Assembly: GCF_006345805.1 (NCBI RefSeq)
Contig: NC_043006.1
Coordinates: 56,606,001 to 56,670,000, forward strand
Direction of reading: 5' to 3'
Source: Octopus sinensis
Taxonomy: Eukaryota
DNA: 64,000 nucleotides
In this document: piece by piece, positions 36,568 to 51,691 of the stretch
How positions within the stretch are numbered: the first letter of the stretch is position 1
Layout: every line of letters begins with the position of its first letter
The notes under the pieces: generated by a model
The model's input: the letters and a program-made list of their open reading frames with translations, nothing else
The model's database searches: none
Told to the model about the DNA's origin: nothing
Position numbers and translations under genes: made by a program

Positions 36568-38410
36568 CAGTGTCTGCCAAACTATGTGCAAGGGCACAGT
36601 GGTGTGCCGCGAGAGATACATAGAGTGCCGCGGAAAATATTTTCGGGATTTTAGGGAAACAATGATCCAAGAACATTCGCAAAGTTTTAGCGTAAATATA
36701 AATTAATTACATTACACGACAAACAGCAGTTTTGCTACAATATGCTACATTTCTGCATTTAAGCCGGGATTATCTGTAAGTAAATTGTTTAGTAGTTCTT
36801 GTAATTTTTTTAATTTTTGATTTATTTATAATTTACATAAATTATTTTATGTTAAGTTTAATCGATTTTTAGTTTTAGATTTAAACATGGATGCATTTTT
36901 ACTGAGATCTCAGAAAAATGAGAAAGAGAATCATAGCAAACAAGATGAATACTAGAATAAAAACTCTACCTCATCAAAACGAAAATATGATGAAAATTAC
37001 ATCCAATATTATCAGAAAAAGACAACTCAGTTCTTTTTTGTATGATTTGTTTAACAACACTCTCAAATAAAGCGATGGTTCCCAGTAAACTTCGTCATGT
37101 AATAAATCATCTGCTACATAAGGATAAACCAAAAGAATACTTTGAGATGTTAAAAAATAATTTTAAAATTCAATCAAAAAGGCTGCAGAAATTTTACTTA
37201 ATTCCTGAGAGACCTCAAATCGCTACATACAAGATTACCCAGCTTTTGGTAAAGAAAGAAAAAAAAACAGATTCTGATACCGAAAACATTATTTTACCAG
37301 CATTATAGATTGCCGTTAGCACAATGATTAGTGATGACGCCGTCAAACAAATTAAGACCATGTCGAGAGGAGTGTAGTAGCAAACTTGTATTGGCGTTTG
37401 CACTGATGCCACTCCATCCATGCAAGGTCGAAAGAAAGGCTTCGTGGCTCATGTATTACAAGAACATTCACAAGTTAAAATTGTACATTGCATGATTCAC
37501 TGCAATGTTTTGGTGTCGAAATCTCTACCTGATGGTCTCCTGAAGACCACAGGCAACATTGTTAAGGGGGTAAATTACAAAAGTCGCATTCCCTATGATG
37601 TAGACTTTTTATATCACTATGTGAAATTATGAATTCTGATTTTAAGTGTTTACTGCTTCATACAGAAGTGCGATGGCTCTCGAAAGGAAAAGTATTCATT
37701 TGATTTATTTATTTCCGAACTGAAAGAATATGTTTCTTCGATGCTGAAAATTCTGGATTTGAATTTCTCAGCGATGATAATTGGTGGTTGAGAAGTTGAA
37801 CGTTTTAAGTTTGAGTTTGCAAGGAGCGAAAGGAAATATTATTACAGTTATAGGCAAATTAAAGTCTTTCACTGGCAAGTTAGAACTGTGGATAAGGAAA
37901 GTTAAAAACTCGCAGCTTGATTGCTTCCCAAGCGTAGAGCCTTTTCCAAACAAATATAAAATTTTGTCAGAAGTGGAGAAGACAGTAGAAGACATTTCTG
38001 TATCATTTTCTAAGTATTTTCTATCACTTGATTATCAAATGTACGAGTGGGTCTTCAATATTTTCGCAAGATACGACAGTACAGACCTGTCATTAATATT
38101 AACAGAAGAAGAAAATTTAATAGACATGAAAAACGATCCTGAGCATAAAGCCTCATTTTCTGTGTTAGAGTTGTCAGAATTTTGGATTTCGTTTTGGAGC
38201 TAAAAACCTCGATTAGCTACTATAGCCGTTAAATATCTGTTGCGCTTTGGATCATCATATCTTTGCAAATTAGGTATTTCTGCACATATGGAAATGAAGC
38301 AAAAAAAAAAACGGCAACGATTACTGATGAGAAATGAGAAGTTACGTATTTGTTTATCTGATTTAGAGCCGCGTTTTGGCAAACTTGTTTCTCAAAATTA
38401 CTTGCATCCT
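36568..38410 (+). mobile_element. Decayed hAT (Buster/Charlie, ZBED5/8-like) transposon
   Basis: Left end CAGTGTCTGCCAAACT. Peptides [62 protein letters not shown] and FGSSYLCKLGIS..LRICLSDLEPRF. Internal deletion and stops. Right TIR and TSD not found. Confidence 0.85.
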
Positions 38411-38817
38411 CTCACTAAAAACATTATTATTGTATTATATTACCTATATATAGACATATACATATCAGAGAGATGACCACTGTGCGGACAACCCTTATGC
38501 TAGAAGTAGATCCACTATGGTCTTACCGCTAAGAAATGTTCTCAAGAAAAATTCAGCAAACACCAGAACGTAAGCGATCAAGACAAAGGAAAAGTAACAA
38601 AAATATAGATTATTCACATACATGTTTCACTATTAACAGATTACGTAATTTTACTTATGCAATTTGTCCGTAGATCTTCAGTGTAACCGTCCATATAAAT
38701 AAATATGCAGAACTATATACGTAGACGACCGCACGAAGTCGGACTTGTATGTAGTACTACCTATTACACTTGTGGTTATTTTTTTAAAGTTCTCGTTTTG
38801 GCGCGCTAAATTACCGG

Positions 38818-38976
38818 AAAATAATACTGCTGTGGCTTTTACCGGTTTGAGAACGTATTAATTTAAATCTAAGTTTAAAATACAATTCTTGAATTCAGAT
38901 TTTCTCACCCTCATTTTAAATTTGAATTTAAATTAATACGTTCTCTAGCAGACAAAAGCCACTGCAGTAAATTATT
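38818..38976. mobile_element. Small MITE-like foldback with ~50-bp imperfect arms
   Basis: AAATAATACTGCTGTGGCTTTT..GAGAACGTATTAATTTAAAT mirrored by ATTTAAATTAATACGTTCTC..AAAAGCCACTGCAGTAAATTATTT. Confidence 0.7.
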
Positions 38977-39293
38977 TTCTGCAGTATTATGCGTGCGTAC
39001 GCGTGTGTGTATAAGGGAGAGATAGAGTGAGTGAGCGAATGTGTGTATCGTGATGATTGATGTCTTTCAAGGTATACACACATATAGAAAATGTGACGTC
39101 ATCGTATAAAATGTTTACAATAATTGATTAATGGAAAAGATTATAATGTTAAATTTTTGAAATGCAAATATGTGAATGGAAATTAAGTTTAATTTGTAGC
39201 CGAAATAGTACTGAATCTTTTGATACTCCATACGTCAGAATTTGTAACTCGGTTTTGGAATGCATCAGGAATATATATATAAGTATATATAAG

Positions 39294-39358
<65 letters not shown>

Positions 39359-39399
39359 ACAGACTTCTTTCAAACTAAAAGTATTAACTCACATTACAA

Positions 39400-40339
<940 letters not shown>

Positions 40340-41910
40340 ATATATGTCTACCAAATCTACTCAAAATGCTTTAGTCGGCCCAGGACTGTGGCAGAAGACA
40401 CTCACCTATGATGCCAAGTAGTGGGACGGACCCAAGACGACATAGTCGAGAAGCAAGCTTCTCAACTAAACGATCAGATACTTACTATTTTTTATCACTC
40501 GTATGAAGGAACGGTTACTTGATATTAAATAAAGGCCTATCGTTATATATTGGCAGATTCGTTAAGCCATCAGACAAAAATACCAACGCTATTTACTTCA
40601 TGTGTTTAATTCTGTTCTGGAAAGGTGAAAAGTTAGAAATAAAGTTGCCTGATCTTGGACAGATGCACCATAAACTTAAATACCGTGGGACACAGATCGA
40701 AAAGTGCTGAGTTAGAATCTAGAAACACATAAAATGTTTGGTTTACATAACCTTCATTATTTTATATTTAGTGCTATATGTTTAGTTTATAAAACTATAA
40801 AAAATGTTGATTTCTTTCAATATAGGTCTTTTTGAGTCAATAAATTATATTCTAATTCCCCTCCATTAAGCGCTAATAATTACAAATATATACCTATAAA
40901 GTGCTAAATTTCTTGTTCTGCACCATGCACTCATACATATTTACAAGATTAAACAAATATTACTTTATGGATAATGCGAAAATGCGCAAAAATAAAAGGG
41001 GTCCCTCGAGACCCCAATGACCATTTGTGTAATTTCAACCTCGCCGGCCCACGATGGGTTAAACCATGTAGTTTCGGATTCAGTCCCACTGTGGGGCAGC
41101 TTGAGCAAGTGTCTTCTGCTATAGCCCAGGGACAGCCAGTACCGTGTGAAAGCGCGTATGTTTTTGTCCCCACCACTATTACATGACAACCGTTGTTTAT
41201 TTGCTTACGTTCCATAACTTAACAATTCAGCAAATGAGACCGATAGAATAAGCGCCTCACTTACAAATAAGTACTAGGATCGATTTATACGATAAAACCC
41301 ATCAAGCGCTGCCCCAACATCGCCGCAGTCCAATGACTAAGACAAGGAAATGATAAAAGATATAATGTTGTTTAGACTACCTTGTCCAATGTTTTCTTCA
41401 TTTAAAGGAAGCAGCATGTGAATTGAGACACTTGACTAATATTTTTAGCTGGATTGAATAACTTTTTTTTATGTATACATATTTGGTTTACTTTCCTTAA
41501 AATCAAATTGTTTTCCTTCTGCATATAGTATCAGATAGCTGAATGGCTCTGGGGTTATGAAGTTCGCTTCTCAACTATGTGGGTTTAGGTTTGATGCCAT
41601 TGTGTTACACCTTAAACAAGTGTCTACTTACATAACTTCAGGTCAACCTGAGCCTTATGAATAACATTTGATACGTAGAAACTTTGTAGAAAACTTTCGG
41701 AGAGACTATTCCACATGAACATCTCATTTGTTGTTGTTGTTGTTGTTGTTTTCTCCTCAGACAAAGAACAAGTATATCCAGTATACATTTATACAATATA
41801 TTCCCCCTTTTATTATTTCTGTTTTTTAACAGTCGTATGTAACTTAAAGGAGATTTAGCTGCTATTTCTCCTGGCCAGACGAGCGATTTAGCAGAGCCTT
41901 TTTCGTTGGA

Positions 41911-42062
41911 TCAAGATACTGTATTTATTGTATCAGGTGGTTTAAAACCACCCCTTAGCTCTTTCTTGATTTTAGTGGAGTCCATTTTGTTCCAAGCATT
42001 CAGGAACAGATCTCTATCCTGAGAATAACCGCTATAACCTCCTCCTATCGTTCACAGAACAC
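41911..42062 (-). other. Candidate coding exon with an early in-frame TGA or 1-nt indel
   Basis: Strong acceptor TTTTATGACCTTTTGCAG|G. Reads VL*TIGGGYSGYSQDRDLFLNAWNKMDSTKIKKELRGGFKPPDTINTVS*. No recognised family. Confidence 0.25.
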
Positions 42063-43086
42063 CTGCAAAAGGTCATAAAAGCGTTCTACTTTCTCTGATT
42101 AATCCGTTAAAAGAAAATTTATAAAACCAACTACATAGATACTTCTATTTACATATAAGTTCTGTTCATGTGCTTATCTGTTATTTATTTAAGATATGCT
42201 AGAAGTAAAATCATTAGTGGAACTGTATAAAATATTTGTATGCTTTCATATTTATATCTATATGTTTGTATTTATATGTTCCTTAGCTATTTCTTTGCAA
42301 TCAAATCAATGCATGTTTTGCTAATGTTAATCTTACATACCATGCAATTATGTATATAGATGCTCTCAAATTATCTCCAGTTCTTAACTTCTTTAAATAA
42401 CTACCTAGTACAATTAAACTTACCAATTTATCTAATGATGTCCCAGAGTTTGTTCGTTAATAAATGTTCTGTGACAAATCTCCTCCAGCTTTTAAGTGTG
42501 AATTAGTAGTTATCTACTCCGATTTTCAAAAGCTTTGCTAGGAGCTGAGGTGGAAGTAAGCTAATTTATATAGCGCATCTATTTTAATCTTTTATATAAA
42601 GAGAATAGGGTTTTTTTTCTCTCCAAAGGTGATAATCCTGCCTACATTAAATGCAATAGAGTCTCCATTTGTGCATTACGTCTTCACACATATAAATACA
42701 CTGACACATAAAAGATCTACGTTCGTAGTGCATCCGTTATACATATAAATGTATAACATATATTACACCAAATATACATAAACCACATATGCATAAAATG
42801 GTGAATACGTGCGACGTGTGTGTATGTGTAGTCGGGAATGTTTATGCATGTGTGTTTGTGTGTGTGTGGGTGTGTTAGTGATAAATGACTGATAACATTA
42901 AGCAAATAAAGCATTTTGAGCACGATAACGATAACCGGTTGATAATAATATCTGCGATTGTAATAACCGGCTTCCACTTTATTTCCTGCAGACTTAATGC
43001 AAACCATGAACACATATATATATCTATGCATGCAATAGACGTTTTGCACATGCACATTACAAACCAGCTAACCATTAAAAATTTTT

Positions 43087-43293
43087 CTCTTTTACTTGTT
43101 TCAGTCATTTGACTGCGGCCATGCTGGAGCACCGCCTTTAGTCGAGCAAATCGATCCCAGGACTTATTCTTTGTAAGCCTGGTACTTATTCTATCGGTCT
43201 CTTTTGCCGAACCGCTAAGTTACATGGACGTAAACACACCAGCATCGGTTGTCAAGCGATGTTGGTGGGGACAAACACAGACACACAAACAGA

Positions 43294-43361
<68 letters not shown>

Positions 43362-43525
43362 CATATATACGACGGGCTTCTTTCAGTTTCCGTCTACCAA
43401 ATCCACTCACAAGGCTTTGGTCGGCCCGAGGCTATAGTAGAAGACACTTGCCCGAGGTGCCACGTAGTTGGACTGAACCCGGAACCATGTGGTTGGTAAG
43501 CAAGCCACTTACCACACAGCCACTC
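43087..43525 (-). mobile_element. Full-length octopus-type SINE
   Basis: Same family as 13450-13897. Confidence 0.9.
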
Positions 43526-43719
43526 ATAAAATATCCATAGATAGCACATGATGCCATACAGTGTGAATTTTGCACATACACATTAAAGGTAAATCACTGC
43601 AGACAGTAGAGTGAAGACAGTGATAACCGGTAGAGTGGAGAAATTTCTTTAATGAAATCCCTATTTTGTAGCGCTAGGGAACCTCCATCTAGTCGTCACT
43701 TATCTATTATAAATAGTAT

Positions 43720-44175
<456 letters not shown>

Positions 44176-44456
44176 AGAAGCCAAAATTGTTTCAGACCGC
44201 TGCCGTGCTAAGCAAGTGAGACACAGTAAAAAAAGAGGATAATCAAGAATGGAATACCTTTGATCGGAGCTAATCAAGAACCAAATAATAACAACTAAAC
44301 CTGCTGTTTTACTCTAAAAACCTACCAATAGTTTAGTAGTTCTGCCACGAGATATCACAAAGTATAAATGATGTGTTGACCAAGATACGTCTCGTAATAC
44401 TTACACCCGGTTTGGAAACCTCACTTTATTTCTACATTCTCTCTTTTTCTCTTTTT

Positions 44457-44659
44457 CTCTTTTACTTGTTTCAGTCATTTGACTGCGGCCATGCTGGAGC
44501 ACCGCCTTTAATCGAGCAACTCGACCCCGGGACTTATTCTTTGTAAGCCCAGTACTTATTCTATCGGTCTCTTTTTTGCCGAACCGCTAAGTGACGGGGA
44601 CGTAAACACACCAGCATCGGTCGTCAAGTGATGCTAGGGGGACAAACACAGACACACAA

Positions 44660-44698
<39 letters not shown>

Positions 44699-44862
44699 TA
44701 CGACAGACTTCTTTCAGTTTCCGTCTACCAAATCCACTCACAAGGCATTGGTCGGCCCGGGGCTATAGCAGAAGACACTTGCCCAAGATGCCACGCAGTG
44801 GGACTGAACCCGGAACCATGTGGTTGGTTAGCAAGCTACTTACCACACAGCCACTCCTGCGC
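44457..44862 (-). mobile_element. Full-length octopus-type SINE
   Basis: Same family as 43087-43525. Confidence 0.9.
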
Positions 44863-47415
44863 ATATAGCTTAAATGCAAGTCTTGCTGATATTGATCAAT
44901 GTCTACAACTACTGATCACTGGCAATCATGACTACCTTCAAAGCTCTTCAACACCACCTCCCTGAAATCTCTTTAAAGATGTGATAAGGTGCCTTCTTGC
45001 AAACGTGTTTCTGTTCCGTTTTTCTCCTTTAAATGTTTCTGGCTTTTGCAATTCATTTGTGATATTCTCTCAGGAAGACTCAAACATCTCCCACCAAGAA
45101 GAACTTGTCAATTTTGGTGTAGGCTGTGGTCTTTGCAGTGGCTATCAGAATGATACTGAGAATTTTAAATAATCAGTCGTCCTCACTGTTATGGTATCTT
45201 GCAGTTTCACCACAAACGACAGTCTGTACACTTTACTCACTGGAATGATTTAACTCCATATAGACGGAGACTAGTATATAGATATAAATATCAGTTAGTT
45301 CTACACATTGTGAGATTATGTTGTTGTTGATTATCTCCAACTCAGTCAGCCTATGTTCAAAGACATTCCAGCCGTGATCATCACACCTTTCATTTGGTGT
45401 TTCTATAACTGCATTATATTGTGAGTCTTATCTGCTTTATGACGGTGTAATGTGAGTTTAGGCAAGTTTGGAAGCTATATACTCGCTGTTCAATTGGCTG
45501 TGTAGAGGTGTAGAGGTTCCCTCGTTAGTTCAGGGAAGAAACCGTTCTGCATACTGATGTACAGACATTAAACAATAGCTAAGATAACGCTGGTTAAATT
45601 ATATTGATTTTATTTTAAATATAAATATCGATTCAGAAAAAAAGAAGCACTAGTATTGATTGGTATTTAGAGCTTATATAAAGTGTATAAAACAGTAAAT
45701 TGTGAAATTGGTGCATAAATAATAATTCTGAGTGTAACAGCAAGTAATAGCAAGTATTAAGTTGAGGAGATGAGGGAATCAATTGTCCAATGAAAAGTTT
45801 AATTTTCTCTTCTATCGATAGCAAAGCAATGGTATCTTTTAATCGATATGCATTAGCTGGACAAGATGTCTTCTTTAACAGAGGCTTCATATATCGTGTT
45901 TTCTCAATGATGTTGTATACTAGTGCCTTATTTTAGCCGTAATGACCTTAGTTTAGTGGAAATAGAAATGAGACTGCTTGATCTTCAATTTTGTTTTGTT
46001 TAGCTTCTGAAGGAGAAAACGGGCCTACCACCTTATTTAAGTTCTCCGAGGCCAGTCTTTTAGTTGCAGTCCTAGCTATGTTAAATATGTACATTTTCTG
46101 TGAGACATTTTCTGTGATAGAGAGATCTAGTATTTGAAGAAACTCAAAGGCTCTAGCTGTATTTTGTTCATATTGAAGGGAGTAAAGGGTGGTGATGTAT
46201 TCTTGATATGAATAGAAATTGTGTTTGTATGTATGTGGTTTTGTATTCAAACTAGTTATCCCTGACGTTATGTCAGACCTTTCTTAAAGATTGTGAAATT
46301 AAAATCCTTCAATATAAGAGAGGCCACTAGTTACGTTGAGCTACATTTCTACAAATGTCATGCGTGAAAAGTTAGAAAAATTCTGCAAAATATTGCAAAT
46401 CATGATAATTGTGGGAAAATTTGCAACTACAATGTGAAAGTCAGCAAAGCATGAAAACGCTTTGTTACTGGTGAATAGTATCATATCTGATATATTGTAA
46501 AAAAAAAAAAAGCCCTACCCATATACTGTAATTGGATATTTAGTTAGCGAGCTAAATTATATTACTTTGGTAATTTGTATACTTAAAGGATATAGCTCCA
46601 AGCAAAGTGAAATTTTAACGACAGATTTTGCTTCAATATCTAAATTGCATAATTGCATACAAAATGTGGACTAAACTATCATTCAACTACAGTAGTAGTT
46701 GAATAATATTCTTAAGGCTGCAATTTACTCACACGCAGCATATTTCAGAGCTTGTCGCTAATTCAGTTCTTAAGCAAATGGAAAGCCATTAAACACTGTT
46801 GAAGAGGACTGGTCCCTAGTTACATTTTGACATTAAAAACATTGAGATTTGGTCCAGTAGAAAAAAGTTTACATCAAACTTTGTAGCGAGTAAGCATAGG
46901 AGAGTAAGTAACGCCACCAATCAAGTTTAGATCTAAATAACTTTCTTATTTTAAAAGCAAAATATATTCATCTTAGCTTCAATGATAGAAGAAAGCGTGG
47001 AGAATTTCATAGTTTTCGTCCCATGCAACAAAAATTTGTATCAAAAGTGTTGTGAGGTAAAATATCATGAAAAAATTATAAGGCAAAAAATTGGATTTAA
47101 ATATAATTAACTTTTCTTATTTTAGGAACAAACCATATTTTTTAATTAAGCTTAAATGACAGAGCTCAATTTCAGGAATTTCATAGTATCAATCTCGTAC
47201 AATGAAGTCTTAAACGAAACAAATTATGAGCGTTTGTTTCTCAAATTTTAGTGTGAAATTTTAGTTCTATACTTTTTTATAAATACACTTGTAGAGAACT
47301 TTTAGTATATGTCACCGGCTTCGTTGAGATAAGGAAAAAAAATTTAATGACACCGCTAATTGACACATTTGACACATTATTCATTAGCATAATAGCATAG
47401 CCTGGGAATAAAAAC

Positions 47416-48313
47416 ATAGATTACATGGGAAAATGCTAGCAAGGGAAATAATATTCTAAAGATTATAAAGATTATAAATCTGGAAGAGTACAGGACAGGT
47501 TATGACACTTGAAAAAGTTCAGGACAAGTTATTACATATGGTAAAGTACAGAACAAGAAAAATTTTTACTTAAAATATTGCAGCTAAGGATAAAAATTGA
47601 ATATTAAATATTATTTGATTTTGTTTTACAAAGCAACATTATAATTAAGTACCATCGTTTTGTTAAAATATTGACACACTAGAACACTTAAAAAAACGAG
47701 AGCTAGAAGTACCAATTTAGCTAAAATTTTATGCGAAGTAGAATAGTATATATGGTAGGCAAATTCATTATGTAAAAACATAGGCATTATTCATAACTAA
47801 AAGTGCGAAAACTTGGCAATAACTTAGGCAATAACTCAAGCAAATTTTACTGCGAATTTGTTGTTATAGATAGATTTTACTGTAATATATAACTAATTTT
47901 TGCATTATTCTATTTATTGTACTAACTAATTATGTACTACAATTATTTTTATAACCTATTTTCAAATTTTTTATTATTAATTAGTAATTCAGAAAATGAA
48001 TTTTTTTTAAGGTACAGAAAATATTTTGAGTTATTTTTAATAGAAGTAACAAGTAATAACAAATAGAAGTAATAACTTGTAATAAAATTTTAATTTTAAT
48101 AAAATCTATTATTTTCTAAATCTAAATATTTTATTTGAAATTTTATCCTTAGATGCAATACTTTAAGTAACTATTTTCATGTTTTGTACTTTACCAGATG
48201 TAATAAGTTGTCCTGAACTTTTCCATGTGTAATAACTTGTCCAGTACTTATCTAGATTTATAATCTTAAGAATATTATTTCTCTTGCTCGCATTATTCTA
48301 TGTAATTACATAT
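47416..48313. mobile_element. Old foldback element: ~200-bp diverged arms around a ~490-bp AT-rich core
   Basis: 47416-47621 is an imperfect reverse complement of 48118-48313 (e.g. GAAAAAGTTCAGGACAAGTTATTACATATGGTAAAGTAC). The arms contain ~29-bp internal direct repeats. Confidence 0.7.
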
Positions 48314-49325
48314 TGGCTATATAGATATAAATGAAGAATTGACCGGAGAAAAAGATGAAGAGTGAAAAATCTTCGCAATTTTTTTCAAAATTGTTGTACA
48401 TTTAAATTATTTATTTACTTATTGAAAGTCGCAGTTCTGTTCAATGGTAAACACGATTTGTACAGAACTAGATCTACCAAACATTTAATTAATGTTACTC
48501 CTTAGTAGTCTCTTGTTGAGAACTTCAATAAGAGCAGCGTTGCTACCCATATAAGCAGAAAACTTTGCGCCATATCTAATTTTGAAACCTTCTAATAAAA
48601 TTGCCTTTGTGCAGACGCAACTGCTGTCGCTTGGATCTGAAAGTTTCCTACCGCACTTTCCGATGCAGTAAGCTTTAATGGGGAACTTTCCAACTTACAA
48701 TTCATGAATTTAACATATTCAGCCATCGCTTCAACATTTTTCTTTCTCTACTTTAATAAGCTTCTTTTTAGTTCTAACAGCACAAATTTTTCTGCATATC
48801 ACTCCTTAAGCTTCTGTGCTTAAATATCACCCACTTACAACTTTTGTATCTCATGCACAAACCACACTACTTACAAAAATAGAGATTCCAAATAGGTCAT
48901 TCTAGTAACCTTTAAAAGTACTGAAACGCAACTGGTATACTTATTAAAGAAGATTGTACCTTATCCTTTGTTCATATAAGGACACTAAAATAAATTGTTA
49001 TCAGTATTGCTGTATATGCTAGGTAAAGTTGATTGTCTGACAATCTCTTATGACAACTCCATCTTCAATGTCAAAACATATTTCCACATACTGTATTACG
49101 GTGCTGCTTGTTTACTTAGATGTTGAACTTCATCCAACAGAAGCTCAATCAGTTAATGAAGAGGACTCACTCACATGCATGCTTCTCAGTACTGATACTG
49201 CTCTGTCACAAATATATATTTTTTTAACAATCTCACTGGCTAATCGCAACACCAGTACCTGTTCTGGCACTGGTTTTCTATATATCACTAGCGGAGAGAT
49301 GAGCCGCTGCTAAATCTAGCGGTCG

Positions 49326-49387
49326 AGTGTCCATTACTGATGAGATCAAATAAGATCGAAATCGTGTGATCTGGTGATCTTGACACT
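49326..49387 (+). ncRNA. Type I hammerhead ribozyme, complete core
   Basis: AGTGTC-CATTA | CTGATGA (49337-43) | GATC-aaataa-GATC | GAA | ATC-gtgt-GAT | C (49371) | TGGTG-atctt-GACACT. All core positions are canonical, and stems I, II and III can be drawn. Confidence 0.8.
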
Positions 49388-49847
49388 AGAGTTTATGACA
49401 CTAGCTGGCCATAAAAACAAACAAGCCCGCACTCTGCACTAAAAACTCATATGAAAGTTTTTCCATGGTACCAACCGCAGTAAAGTTTTTCTAACCGAAC
49501 ATCCAAGTGTAAGTGTAAGTGGGAATAAATATTACTTCTCAGTATTAATACTATCTCTATCATCAATATATGCTAAAGCCACTATCTTAGGGAGACATGT
49601 TTCTTCTTTATGTGCATTCGAGTCCTATTTGAACACATTATCCCTTGTTTTATTGCATACTCTTTTATGCAGTTACACGTTTCCTCTCTTTGTTCCTAAT
49701 GCGTTTTACTGGCATCCTGAACCCAATACTAAACACGTCAGCCAACTTTTAGACTTTTTCTTGCATACTGACATTAAATTAATCAATCCCTGAAGACCGG
49801 GAGGTATAGTAAGCTTTGTGTATACTACACCCACACATTTCACTAAC

Positions 49848-49892
<45 letters not shown>

Positions 49893-50002
49893 ATTCTAAT
49901 AGTAGTAGTAGTAGTAGTAGTAGTTGCTGCACTTGTTGTTATTGTTGTTGTTGCTGCTGCTGTTGTAGTAGAAATAGTTATAGCAAGAAGAAGAAGAAGA
50001 AG

Positions 50003-50034
<32 letters not shown>

Positions 50035-50197
50035 GAATAACAAGAACAACAGCAACAACAGCAACAAGAATGGAATAGAATACAGTATTGCGGACTTGTA
50101 GAAAAGTCTCTTGGGATTTATGGGGACTTGTCATGAAAACCTAATGATAACATCTCTGTCAATGAAACTAATATTACTTTCACACGCGCACACGCAC

Positions 50198-50243
<46 letters not shown>

Positions 50244-50663
50244 CGCATATATTCTCCACTTATTTACAGTTAACACTCATCAGGCTGCCGTTATACTGGA
50301 TCAGCACCTTTAAGGGTTTTCGTCTAAGATACTGAGCACAGCACACATTTCAGTCTGCTAGTCGCTTTATCGATTTCTACTGATCTCTATCGAAAGAGAC
50401 ACCGGTTTAGACACGAGCACATAGAAGTACATATACATACTGAAAGCTAAGCACAGTTTCTGCGAACCAAATTACACTCGAAACTGTGGAATGAGTAGAA
50501 GACACCTTCCCGAGGTCTCGCGCAATTGGGTCGAACTTGGAACAACGTGATTATGAAACAAATTTCTTAATCACACTTTTAGACCTGCCATTAGCATTAT
50601 TTCACTGTCAAGAGGCCCTAGGACTCACAGGACCGATTGCCTTGGTTTTATATATATATATAT

Positions 50664-50721
<58 letters not shown>

Positions 50722-50727
<6 letters not shown>

Positions 50728-51198
50728 AAGTTCGTTCCTTCCCGAGTCATACAGAATCATAGGGCCGGTTTCTCGGTTTCCGTGGCGTATATATTCCCCA
50801 ACGGGACGGGACGCCGGTGCGTCGTCGGGTTACTCATTTTTATCATCTGAACGAAGTGAAGCAACGTGAAATGAAGTGTTTTGCTCAAGAACACAATGCG
50901 CCGCCCGGTCCGGAAATCGAAACCACAATCTTACGATCATGGGTGCAACGCCCTAACCACTGAGCCGTGCACCTCCACCCGTTTTCCATAGCATATAAAT
51001 GACCAGAAACACAGCAATTCCCCTGGACGCGAGAACCAAACCGTCGCAGGGGGTTACTCATTTCCAGCTGAGTGGACTAGAGCAACATGAAAAGAAATGA
51101 TTTACTGGAGAACACAACGCACTGCCCGGTTCGAAAATCGAAACTGCTAACTTGCGATCGTGAGTGCAACATACTAAACACTGGGCCACGTGCCTTCA
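50722..51198 (-). mobile_element. Two adjacent tRNA-derived SINEs with a V-domain-like core (50722-50977, 51030-51198)
   Basis: Head GGCTCAGTGGTTAGGGCGTTGCAC..GGTTTCGATTTCC, core TGTGTTCTTGAGCAAAACACTT..GGCGTCCCGTCC, tail CTTTACCTT. Confidence 0.65.
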
Positions 51199-51643
51199 CT
51201 TGTGCGGCTAAACATATACATATATAATAGATCATAGTATTAGTGAAGTGATGGTTTCAGACTCTTCCCAATTGTTAAGTAGGTGTTGTGTCAATCATTG
51301 TCAGCCATTTGTTGGCAGTGCTCTTCATATGTCATACAGATCTCATTTCTCCACTGATCCATAATTTGCGTCATTTTACAGTGGTCAGTTCATTATCTTG
51401 TCTCACTCTACCAAAGATAAAGAAGTAAGCATGTATGCATGTATACATGTATGCATATGTTTTTGTATGTATGCTCCTTTGCATGTGTATATGTGCGCGC
51501 GCGTGTATCATATATGTGTGCGTGTATGTATAGATAAATATGTGTATATTACATATGATACAAAATAAATATATATACATACATATATATACATATATAC
51601 ATATATATATATATTCATATATATACATATACATACATATATA

Positions 51644-51691
<48 letters not shown>

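Noticed and set aside
38468-38482. Right TIR of the hAT element (GACCACTG)
   Set aside because: Only 5 bases match the left end and there is no 8-bp TSD.
41680-41730. SECIS element downstream of the TGA-containing candidate exon
   Set aside because: An ATGA..AA..GA pattern exists on the minus strand, but the intervening stem does not pair.
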